A stretch of DNA of 64,000 nt, taken from NCBI RefSeq assembly GCF_009914755.1, contig NC_060926.1; one strand, 5' to 3'. This DNA comes from the human T2T-CHM13v2.0 reference genome, Homo sapiens. The translations under genes and the position numbers were made by a program. Positions 12,040-27,470 of the stretch are shown piece by piece. Position 1 is the stretch's first letter. Each line of letters begins with the position of its first letter. Under the pieces are notes generated by a model. That model saw nothing but the letters and a program-made list of their open reading frames with translations. It was not told where the DNA came from and ran no database searches.

Positions 12040-13574
12040 TGACACATCATTGTATTTGAATAAAATTGCACTGGTCTACCTGGGTAAAAGGTATGTGAAT
12101 GCTCAGATGCTATGGCTGAGTCTGCCATGGCCTTTGTTATTTATTTTAATGACATTGATAATTACTTTCTTTATTGATAGTATGATCATTAATTTTAATG
12201 ACATTAGGTAGTCATTAACTTTTTCTAAAGCCATTCAGGAACACTGTAACAACTAGAGGCCACAGGGCAACTTCTTTAGTACAGGAGTGAACGTGAGTCA
12301 CAGTGTTGTCACTGAGGTCATCTTTGCACTGAAGGTTAGAAACTCAAAACAAAGCTCAACGTGAAGTGACACTCAGAGTATACACTTGCCTCCTTGCTTA
12401 GCATAAATCACTTAACATTTCTAAATACGTGTTTTTTGCCATGTGCTTGATAGGCAATGGAAATAATGAACAAAATTCTCTCAAGCAAGATTGGCCCTAT
12501 GAACAAGTGAAGATGGTGGGCGATTTCAGCTGCTTCAGAATCACTCTACCTGTCTCAAGGACAAAGGGAAGAAACCCACAATACTAAATGTATTATATAT
12601 TTTCTAGAGTCCAAAAGTGGTGTGGCTCAGTACATAATGTCTGTGGATCTGATACTTGAAACAACTTACATCCCACGGCACTGTTGTTCACCTCAGTGGA
12701 TGCGGGACCTCTCACTGCTGGCCGGCCTCCTGAATTGTTCTGTTTCCAGAGTGTCTTCTGCAAGGCCTTTCCCCACAGGTTGCTGGAGACTTTATCACTG
12801 TTGCAGGAGGCCCAGCAGCTTCGCCCCAGAGGCCACCAGTGCCACCCAGGTAAGGCAGTGCTACTTCTGAAGTGCTGGACATTGCTGCTTCCGCTGGGCA
12901 TTGCAGCTGCACCGCTGCGGCCGTCCATCTGTACACATCTGTCTGTCCAGCTGCGCCATGGAGCCCAAGACGTCATTCAAAGATCGCAACACCAAGAGTG
13001 CTCTTCCTGGGAGCTGCTACTCCTCAGCCACTGCTCACCATCCCTCTCCATTTGAGCTTTCCGAGAAGTTTGATGAGGTAGAGGAGAATATGATTCCATA
13101 CCCTTTGTGTGGGGGCAGGAGAGGGGTCCATGGCAGTGAAAGTTGGGTGACAAATAATATAGTGTTTAGTTAAACTGTTCTATAAGCATTTAGTGACAGT
13201 CCTCTCACTCCTAACAACCCACGCCTGAGTGAGTAGAAGCTGTGACCACTGTTGACTGAATATAAATTACCAAAATATCAGAATCACTCCTCACTCTCCA
13301 GCCATTGTTTTGTTATGAGTTACTTTAATTTATGTAATGTATACAATGTGCTGAGAGCGTTGGTAGGTACATAGTAGTCCCTACACAAATATTTTGTTGT
13401 GGTTGTTGCTAAGCATTCAAGTCCTTCCTTGAGAAGCAGGTATCTCTTAAAAACTCCTAAGGGTCATTGCAACCAACTTCTCAAAGATCGTCAAACAATC
13501 CCAACTATGTCTGAATCTCTTCTAAAACTCATACCCACACGACGATTCTGCTAGCCAGAAACTGTTCACTTCAC

Positions 13575-13690
13575 GTTATTCATAAGAAAACTAAAGCTCA
13601 GAGAGGTTAAGCAACTTCCTCAAGGTCACAGAGTAACAAGTGATGGAGCCAGGATTCAAACTCAGGACTGCCTGATTTTGAACCCATTTA
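13575..13690 (-). mobile_element. MIR SINE
   Basis: GAAAACTAAAGCTCAGAGAGGTTAAGCAACTTCCTCAAGGTCACA...GGATTCAAACTCAGG. Confidence 0.8.
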
Positions 13691-13717
13691 TACTATGGAT
13701 AGAATAGAGGGTTAGAG

Positions 13718-13959
13718 CAGTGAATCTCAACCAAGGGTGATTTTACCCCATCAGGGGACATTTGGCAATCTCTGGAGACATTTTCATTCGTCACTGCTTA
13801 GGGAGAGGGAAGTAGTACTGGCATCTAATGGGTAGAGGCCAGAAATGCCGCTAAATGTCCTGCAATGCACAGGACAGGCCTCTCCCTCTCTCCCTACAAC
13901 GCCCCCCAACAAAAGGTATCAGGTTCAAATGTCAACTGTGCTGAGGTTAAGAAACCCAG
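13718..13959 (+). mobile_element. MER20 DNA transposon
   Basis: CAGTGAATCTCAACC...GGGGACATTTGGCAATCTCTGGAGACA...GAGGTTAAGAAACCCAG; 8-bp TSD-like GGTTAGAG / GATTGGAG. Confidence 0.9.
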
Positions 13960-16900
13960 GATTGGAGGAACATATTAATACATTAAATTGCTAGGAAAGA
14001 AAAATCCAGGGACAGCAGGAAGAACATATTGAAAAAATACATTCATGATTACGGGTTGAAGTAGGATTTTGGTAAGCAGAGGTAGAAGGCAAGAATAGTA
14101 GAGAGAACAGCATGAACAAAGAAGGAGAAGAAATATAAGAGATATTTGCAGGAAACTAAAAGTCCAGGAGCAGGGAAGAAGTGGAAGTAGAAATTGAAAA
14201 GCTACATTGAGACTTAATTTGGGGAGGCCTGGAATGCAAAGAATTTAAGTGTAGAGAGCCTGGAACAAAATTTCTCAAAGTATTTGTCTTGAGCTCACCA
14301 CGCTCACCAAGTAACATGAGGGTCTGTAAAAAAAAAAAAAAAAAAAAAAATTCTTTTTTTAAATCCAAGCATTCTGCATCAATGCAATGGATATATGGCC
14401 TTAGACAATTTCAGTCCTCTCCCATCACTTGAAGAAGGAAAAACTGGGGCCCAGGGTATGAGGTCACTTCCCCATGGTCACTGGTGACTTAGTGACTGGG
14501 CTGGAACTGAAACCAAATCTTGGGATTAGATCCAGTGTTTATGATATATAGTTTGGTCCCTGGGATCTCAAAAGCACAGCCAGTTTTTTCTCCCTTTTAT
14601 GATTCTTCTTGTATTTGTATAGAGAAGATTATCGGTGAATCGTCTTCATTATTTCCCTATTCCTACTTGAAGTGCCCAAAATGTGCAAGGCCAAATATTG
14701 TGGCACAAGCCAAATAGCATTTTTCTACTAAAAAAGAAAAACGCTGTTGAGGAAAGAGGGTCGGAATAAATAGAAGGGCTATTATTTTGCCCTTGGAGGC
14801 ATTTTCTGAGAATCAAGGTTGAGGCCTGACAGGTATTTCCCATTTCAGCTTTGCATGTGGGCCCAACTTGAATGAAGAATTGAGATTTGGCTAAAGAGGC
14901 AAGTAACATAATCCTAAAAAGAATCCCAGGGATGGATCCAGGCGAGGCAGCTTGTACACAGAGCCAGGCGTCTTTGACCCACAGAACATTTCACAACCTG
15001 AGAGCTTCGTTTTGGAATTTTTGTATTTATTCCTCTCAATTGGGCAAAAAAAAAAAAAAAGAAAAGAAAGAAAAATTACATTCCCACTGCAACATAAAGG
15101 TTATTTATTTCCAAACAAAAGAATTAGGAAATGTGAACTTTAAGGCTTTGAGACTAACATTAACTCATCGGCAACAGACAGATGGTATTTTGTATCTTCA
15201 ATGAAGAGGCTGTTAAATGTGAACTTAATACATCTGGGATGAGTCATCAGGGTGAGCTAATTTGCTAAAACCTTAGCTTTTGCATTTCCTGATTAGATTT
15301 TTTTCTCTTTTCATCTTTCAATCTGGCATCTTCATCCCTAACAATTTTCCATTTAACACAAGGGAAATACTTTGAATTTTCCTTTATTTGTAGTTTCACC
15401 AGGGTCATTCTAGGGCATTTTCCTCAGGCTTAGTTTAAAATTGTGATGAAACAATTTAGAAAAAAGACTTTAATATGGAGATGTCATTTAATATGAAGGT
15501 ATCAAGTTATTTAAGAGGGACATTATATATAATATTATGTATATATTTATATACTACATATACATGAATATATTTTATATATTTATTTATTTTCCCCCTT
15601 TCCAATGATCTTCTATTGGTAGTACTTCCTTCCACATTTGCTTATTTCTGCTAAGTGCTTATGTGACTCCCATGTATAATTTTTTCAGATTGACGAGATA
15701 GGATTTTGGTTTTGCCCTTTTTTCCTCAAAGTGTCCCTTTAGTGTGCTGGATCTCTTATTAAGTCTATGAGATAGAAATCCTCGCTGTCATGTATGTATT
15801 CAATAGATGTTTCCTAAATGTCTCATATGTATGCCTCCCCTTAATAATTCCCATGATGTTTAGGAAGCTGTGATGGTGCAGTACATCACCAGGAAGAAAA
15901 TGTTATTATTAGACACCTACAGAAAACACGTTGCTCCAGACTGTGGTCCAAAGTGTTTGTTGGCTTTTCTTATTGAGTTATCTATTAGTCTGTACAGAAT
16001 CCACCCCCAGGGGACATGGTAAAATCCATCTTTCTTTCTCTAAGGATCCCTCACTCTCTTCTGCAACTCTGTTCTTCCCCAACAGTCCTGGCTTTGCCCT
16101 GGAAGCGGGGTTTGTCAGATCCTTCCGGGGAAACTTTTACTGCATCAGTGAGTGTTTCTTTTGCTAATACTTGTTGAGAATTTAGAGGTGATAATTCATC
16201 TCATCTCTCTCATTACCACCACCACTTCAACTTTGGAATCAAGGAGTCAGATAATAGGAAAATCAAAATGTCAGCATGATGGCAAATAAATCCATTTTTG
16301 AAACTATTGGTGTGGGCCCATGGCCAGAAAGGAATTCTCAATTCCCAGATTTAGACCTTGGGGCCTCTTCTCAAGGGAGTGAGAGAGTCTGCAGAGAAGC
16401 CTCTCTAACCCAGAGTCCCTCTCTCATATCCATTAGGCTACAGGAGTCAGGAAAGAAGAAGTCAGTGCTCTAAAGAGCCTCCAGGAAGTACGTAAAACTG
16501 ACCCCTAACCTCCATGAGCTCAGTAGGGAAGAAAGGACAAGGGCAGATGTAGGAAAACAACAACTCAGATGGGACTGAGCCACAGGTTTCTAAACCTTGA
16601 AACCCAATCGCACAAACACGATGGGGTGGGCAAAGAGAGGCGCGTTCTTCCCAACTTTTTCTTGCTGGGTAGAGTAGTGGAAATCTTCTCCCTTTCTGAA
16701 AACATGAAGAATACAGAAGGTCTCCTCTAACACTCTCAAGATTCTGTTTTCTTAAACTATTAGGTTGTAATTAGACTAGTGGTCTACCAGGGCTTAGGCT
16801 GTTCCCTTGGGTAGTCTCAGGGCAGTCCTACTCCTGCCTTTGTGAGGTTTCTCTCTCCATATCAACCCCCTCTTCCTTGTGTATACCGTCTGGATCATGG

Positions 16901-17417
16901 TGTACAGTTTAATCTTTGCCCTGGTAAACTCTAATACTTAAAACTCTTAATACTTAGACAAGTATTTACCTAAGTATTAAGTAAATACTCTAGGCTTGAA
17001 ATGTATTCCTTATTCTATATATTATCTCAGATTGTCACTGGCCAAGATGCCCAATAGAATTCATCAGAAGTTATACACCACACCCAAATAATACCAATAC
17101 AACCTAAAATACAATGTCAGTGCAATAAGAATAACTCAAGTTTGAATTTGAACTATCTCCTAATATTAAACTCCCAGAGAGCAATCAAGTCCAAAATTCA
17201 AATCCCTTTTAGTATTATAATCTAAAGAAATTAAAGGCCAACATTCTTAAAGACTACAAAAATTAAAGCCATATCTTCTCCATTTGTAAAAAATATTGCT
17301 TAGTCTCACACATAAGGATCTTTAGATTCCTTAATAGAGTGTGGCTTCTGCATTTATAGCCTCTCACTGAAATAAGGGTGGTTCCTTTAGGATCTCCACA
17401 GTTGGATTAATCAAAGC

Positions 17418-18240
17418 CATGTTCATTGCACCTCTAATCACAATAGCTAAGATAAGGAAACTACCTAAGTGTTTTCTGATAGATGAATGGATAGTTATAC
17501 ACACACACTATATATATATACACACACACACAATGGAATAATATTTAGTCTTTTTCAAAAATTTTTAATTATTTTTAAAATTTTATTTAATTAATTAATT
17601 AATTTATTTATTTATTTATATTTTTAGAGACAAGGTCTCATTCTGTAGCCCAGGCTGAAGTGCAGTGTTGTGATCATAGCTCACTGCAGCCTCGAACTCC
17701 TTGTCTCAAGCAATCCCCAGCTCAGCCTCCCAAAATGCTGGGATTACACGTGTGGGCCACCTCACCCAACCCTATTTAATCTTAAGAAGGAAGAAAATCC
17801 TACCATTGGCAAAAATATAAATAAACCTGGGGGACATTATGCTATGTAAAATCAGCCAGACATGGAAGGAAAAATACTATATGATCTCACTTATCTGTGG
17901 AAGTAGAAAAGTTGAAATCACAGAAACAGAGAGTGGAATGGTGGTTACCAGGCATGTTAGTCAAAGGGTAGAAAATTTCGGATGTGCAGGATGAGTAACT
18001 TCTGGAGATCTAATGTCAGCAATGGGGGCTATAGTTAATAATACTGTATTGTATACTTGAAATTTGCTAAGAGAGTAGATCCTAAGTATTCTCACCACAC
18101 ACACAAAAGAAAGTAATTATGGGAAGAGATGGACATGTTAATTAGCTTGACTGTAGTATTTGGTATATTATGTGTATGTATACCAAAAATATCACATTGC
18201 ACACCTTAAATATATAAAATTTTCATAAAAATAAAAATTA
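17418..18240 (+). mobile_element. L1M (L1MA-like) 3' end, interrupted by an Alu monomer
   Basis: CATGTTCATTGCA...CACAATAGCTAAGATA...GAAATTTGCTAAGAGAGTAGATCCTAAGTATTCTCACCACA...; A-rich tail. Confidence 0.85.
17570..17771 (-). mobile_element. Monomer-length AluJ/FRAM-like element with (TTTA)n tail
   Basis: Left-arm-type 5' end (CCCAGCATTTTGGGAGG) joined to a right-arm 3' end (GAGGCTGCAGTGAGCTATGATC); TSD TATTTA(G/A)TCTT. Confidence 0.85.
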
Positions 18241-18308
18241 AATTAAACATTTTAAAAAGCCAAGTTTTCAAGTATCCCAATTTCTAAAGTGTAAGTAAAG
18301 TTAGTAGA

Positions 18309-18600
18309 GGCCAGGCAAAGTGGCTCACACCTGTAATACCAGCATTTTGGGAAGCCAAGGCACGAGGATCACTTGAGGTGAGGAGTTTGGGGCCAGCCTG
18401 GACAACATAGCAAGACCCCATCTCTACAAAAATTTTTTAAAAAATTAACCAGGCATGGTGGCAGGTGCCTGTAGTCCTAGATACTAGGAAGGTTATGGCA
18501 GGAGAATCACTTGAGCCCAGGAGTTGGAGGCTGCAGTGAGCTATCATCACGCCACTGCACTCCAACCTGGGCAACAAAGTGAGACCCTGTCTCTTAGAAA
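18309..18600 (+). mobile_element. AluJ
   Basis: GGCCAGGCAAAGTGGCTCACACCTGTAAT...GAGCCCAGGAGTTGGAGGCTGCAGTGAGCTATCATC. Confidence 0.92.
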
Positions 18601-18608
18601 AGAAATTT

Positions 18609-18786
18609 AAAAAAAAGAGAAAAAGAGAGAGAGAAGGAAAGAAAAAGAAAGAAAGAAAGAAAGGAAGGAAGGAAGGAAGGAAGGAAGAGAGAAAGAAAGA
18701 AAGAGAGAGAAAGAGAGAGAAAGAGAGAGAGAAAGAGAGGGAGGGAGGGAGGGAGGACGGAAGGAAGGAAGGAAGGGAAAGAAGAA
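18609..18786. repeat. Compound polypurine microsatellite (GAAA/GGAA/GA/GGGA) derived from the Alu tail
   Basis: About 180 nt of nearly pure purine, including (GGAA)6 at 18663-18686. Confidence 0.95.
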
Positions 18787-19244
18787 TAGAAATGGAATTA
18801 TCACAGCATATATCAAGGGACTCACAACACAAGGAAAACCCCTAGCTCTAGAGCAGGTATGCAAATGCGTACATAAGTACATACACGCAGATGTACATAT
18901 ATTTCTCAGAACCCAGTTTTTACTAAAATCTAGATGTATGTTATTCTTTCTGAAGATCAGAATAATGACAGACGAAGTCCAGAGGGTAGAGTAGCCAAAA
19001 CAACTTGATTTACCTAAAAATCATTTGTAACTAACTTCTCACTTGCCTTCCTCTGTAAAAGAAGCTAGATAGCTAACTACTGGATTCTCCAGCCTGTATC
19101 ATCCACATGACACGAATCTGGCCAACACAGTGTAAGTAAAAGTCAAATAGTCAAAGCCTCAAGGATAAGATTTTGACCCTCAGGCTTTTTGAGGCTTAGA
19201 ATCTAGATGTGGAGCCTGGAGATGCAGCAGCCACCCTGTGACTA

Positions 19245-19701
<457 letters not shown>

Positions 19702-20479
19702 GATTTCTGTGATTTCTGTGATGTGTAGGTAAACACACTTCTAAATGATTCAAAGAAAATTCCAGTTCCAGCTTTACCACCATACAGGTCAGTCTGTGAT
19801 GGTTGCCCAACGCCAACAATCCATAACAATTAGGAGAAATATCCCATTGGTAGGTGATTTTTCCCATCCATAGGGGAACCATCCACCAATGAATATAATT
19901 AGAAATTAAACTGATGACATTACACTCACCAGACCTCACTTGAAATGTCCTTGTTTCCCACAGAGCCCCTTAATTTTTTTTTTTTTTTTTTTGAGCTTCA
20001 TGATCCTGCCTCCCTTCTCCCTGCCCCTCCCTGGAAGTACTGAACTATTAGAGCTATTCCCCAGGCTTGATCAATCCTGACTCTACGAATAATTTTGATG
20101 CATGATTATGCAAACAACAACTAAGGCTGACCAAAGACCACCTTCAGGAAATAGCAAAGCCAGAAAAAAAGAGAAGGCAAGGTAAAAACTAATATCCTCT
20201 CACAAGTGCCAGGTACTGCATCTGGGCCTTTGGTGCCACTCCAACCTTTGCCAGGTGCAGATGGTAAGGGGCTCACAGCTAATCGTCTGGACACAGCACA
20301 TTCACCTATAATGATGATGCATCTTTGGCTGTGGCAAGAGACACATGAGAAATATGGAATGTTATGGGGCTCAGAGAGTAGAAAGTAACTCCTGCTCTGG
20401 GTATTTGGGGAGGCATCATGGTGGGAGTATTTGCATATTCTACCCACCTTTTCTATCCCAGCTCAAAAATTGCAGGAGG

Positions 20480-21160
20480 AAAGAGGGCAAAAAGGAAGCA
20501 CCTGGGCAGAGAGAACAACATGAGCAGAAAAAGCACAGAGGCAGAGAAGAGTTGGGCATGTTCAAAAGCTTTGATATGTTCACAAGCATTGATTCCATTG
20601 TCTGAAGGCAAATTGGGAGAGATTAGTAAAAAGTTAGCTCAGGTCAGATAATGAGAGTCTTGAATACAGGCTAAGGTGCTCTATTTTCTAGGCTATGTGA
20701 AGCCATGGATGGTGGAGAGAGGTGGATGGAGCTGAGCTTCGAGGCAAGTGATCTGGCAACAGTGTAGAAAATAAAGGTGATTGCCGTAGTCTCAGAATGA
20801 GACAGAGACTGAAATGGGAAGGTACAGTTCCTAAGATCTGATGCCTAATTGGATGAGCTGAGCCAAGGAGAGAAAAAAGACACTAATGATAGAGGGCTCT
20901 AGATGATATGCCTAGGAAGATAGTGAGGACTTTAATTGGAACAGGCATACCAGAAGAAGAGAGGATGATATGTTCTACTTCTAATTAGCAAAAAAATTAT
21001 CAAGGCAGAAATGTCCAGCACCCTGTTGAAAATGGTGAACCAGAACACTGAAGAAAAGATGAGACTAAAATTGGAGACTTAAGAGTCCTCCCTATATAGA
21101 ATGTAATGGAAATCAGGACAATAAATGAATCTTCCAATGGAAAAAATACAGAGAGAGATG
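20480..21160 (-). mobile_element. L2 relic
   Basis: Degraded L2 motifs (GAGAACAACATGAGCAGAAAAAGCACAGAGGCAG; CAAGGCAGAAATGTCCAGCA); boundaries approximate. Confidence 0.6.
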
Positions 21161-21951
21161 ATGGTAAGCATCATAAATTCAGGGGCGATTTATCCAGAAT
21201 CATGTAAATACTAACAACACAGAAACTTAAGAGGGGAGAGATGTTCTACATTGAAAAAAATGAATATACTATTATCTCTGAGGTATGCAGTGAGTGTAAT
21301 TTTTAATACTTTTAAACCAATTTTTATTACTTCTAGGAATATTGAAAGAATACAAATGTTATTTTTAAAGAAAACGAGGTTATTTAGCACAACATGCTAA
21401 TGGAGACAAACTAGCAATGTAAATGCTTTTTGTGATTTTTAAAAGTTAAAAAGAACATTTCAATCCGCTTGTTGCTGTGTTTAATATTCATTTGTTTATT
21501 CATCCATCATCATTTAGTAAATATTTATGGACGGCCTGTTATGTGCTAGGTAGGCACTGTTCTAGCTGGACAGGGCTTCACTGTGGACAGACCATCAATA
21601 ATCCCTGACCCCCTGTTGCTCTCATTCTCCCTTCTCTTGCTAGAATGCAAGGTTGCACAGACTCTTTTTAGGTGAGTTGTACACCGAACCTCTTCAACTC
21701 ATGGAAGACACATACCATTATGACCTTCCAGGCTCCAGTTCACTTCTCAAGTTTCCAGTTCCTTGGTTGCAGAATGAAATAACCATTCCCACATTTCAGA
21801 GTGAGGAATAGAAATGGCATATACAGAGCAGCCTTCATTGTGTGCCTTAAAAGTTCACTGTGAACTGTAAACAGCAATGGATAAGAGAACAGAAATTCTG
21901 GGTTCTAGGTTTGGATTCTGGCTAGACTTCAGTCTTATTATCTAAGTCATG

Positions 21952-22005
21952 TAGATAGATAGATGATAGATAGATAGATAGAGAGATGATAGATAATAGA
22001 TAGAG
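21952..22005. repeat. Interrupted (TAGA)n microsatellite
   Basis: Direct reading. Confidence 0.9.
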
Positions 22006-22399
22006 TATTTGACACAAGGCTGCCTAGATCCATGTCTTCCTTTAATATTTCTTTTTTTTTTTTACTTTTATTTTAACTTCAGGGATGCATGCGCAGGTTT
22101 ATTAGGTAAACTCGTGTCATGAGTGTTTGTTGTACAGATAATTTTGTCACCCAGGTATTAAGCCTAGTACACACTAGTTATTTTTCCTGATCCTGATCCT
22201 CTCCCTCCTCCCACCCTCCACCTTCCAGTAGGCCCCAGTGTCTGTTTTTGTCCTCTATGTGTCCATATGTTTTCATCATTTCACTCCTACTTATAAGTGA
22301 GAACATGTGGTATTTGATTTTCTGTTCCTGTGTTAGTTTGCTAAGGATAAGGGCCTCCAGCTCCATCCATGTTCCTGCAAAGGACATGATCTTATTATT

Positions 22400-26290
<3,891 letters not shown>

Positions 26291-26439
26291 ATCATTGGGT
26301 CTTGGTTCTTCAGTTTGCCACTCTGTGCCTTTTAACTGGGGGCATTTAACTCATTTACATTCAAGGTTAATTTTGATACATGTGTATTTGATCCTATCAT
26401 CATGATGTTAGCTGGTTGTTATGCAGACTTGTTTGTGTG

Positions 26440-27470
26440 GTTGCTTTATAGTGCCACTGGTCTGTAAGTGTGCTTTTGTAGTGCCTGGTAATGGTCTTTC
26501 CTTTTCAGATTTAGTGCTTCCTTCAGGAGCTCTTGTAAGGCAGGTCTGGTGGTAACAAATTTCCTCAGCATTTGGTCGTCTGAAAAATATCTTATTTCTC
26601 CTTCACTTATGAAGCTTAGTTTGGCCAGATATAAAATTCTGGGTTGGAATTTCTTTTTCTGAATATTGGCCGTCAGTCTCTTCTAGCTTCTAGGTTTTCT
26701 TCTGAGGCTGTTAGTCTGATGGGCTTCCCTTTGTAGGTGACCTGACCTTTCTTTATAGTTACATTTAACATTTTTTTCTTTTATTTTGACCTTGGAGAAT
26801 CTGATAATGATGTGTTTTGGGGATGATCTTCTTGTGAAGTATCTTACTGGCATTCTCTGAATTTCCTGAATTTGAATGTGGGCCTCTCTAGCCAGGTCAG
26901 AGAAGTTCTCCTGAATGATATCCTGAAATATGTTTTCCAAGTTGCTTCCATTCTCTTCATCTCTTTCAGGGACACCAGTGAGTCATAGATTTGGTCTCTT
27001 TCTATAATCCCATATTTCTTGGGGGGTTTGTTCATTCCCTTTCATTCTTTTTTCTCTATTCTTGGCTGACTGTCTTATTTTACAAAGCCAGTCTTCAAGC
27101 TCTGAGATTCTTTCCTCAGCTTGGTCTATTCTGCTATTAATACTTGTGATTGCATTATAAAATTCTCATATTATATTTTTCAGCTCTATAAGATCAGTTA
27201 TGTTCTTTTTTAAACTGTCTATTTTGTCTGTCAGCTCCTATATCTTTTAATTGTAATTCTTAGCTTCCTTGGATTGGGTTTCAACATACTCCTGCATCTT
27301 GATGATCTTCCTTCCTATCCATATTCTAAATTTTATTTCTGTCATTTCAGTCATCTCAGCCCAGTTGAGATTCCTTACTGGAGAGCTAGTGCGGTTGTTT
27401 GGAGAAAGGAAGACACTCTGACTTTTTGTGTTGTCAAGAGTTCTTGCAGTGGTTCTTTCTCATCTTTGTG
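26440..27470 (-). pseudogene. Disrupted L1 ORF1
   Basis: ORF 26683-26940 ENIFQDIIQENFSDLAREAHIQIQEIQR...SPKHIIIRFSKV matches the ORF1p RRM region; ends approximate. Confidence 0.85.

Noticed and set aside
12684-13055. Faint TPR-like (ETLSLLQEAQQLRP) and histone-H2A-like impressions in translations
   Set aside because: Too few matching residues to support by eye; needs a profile search.
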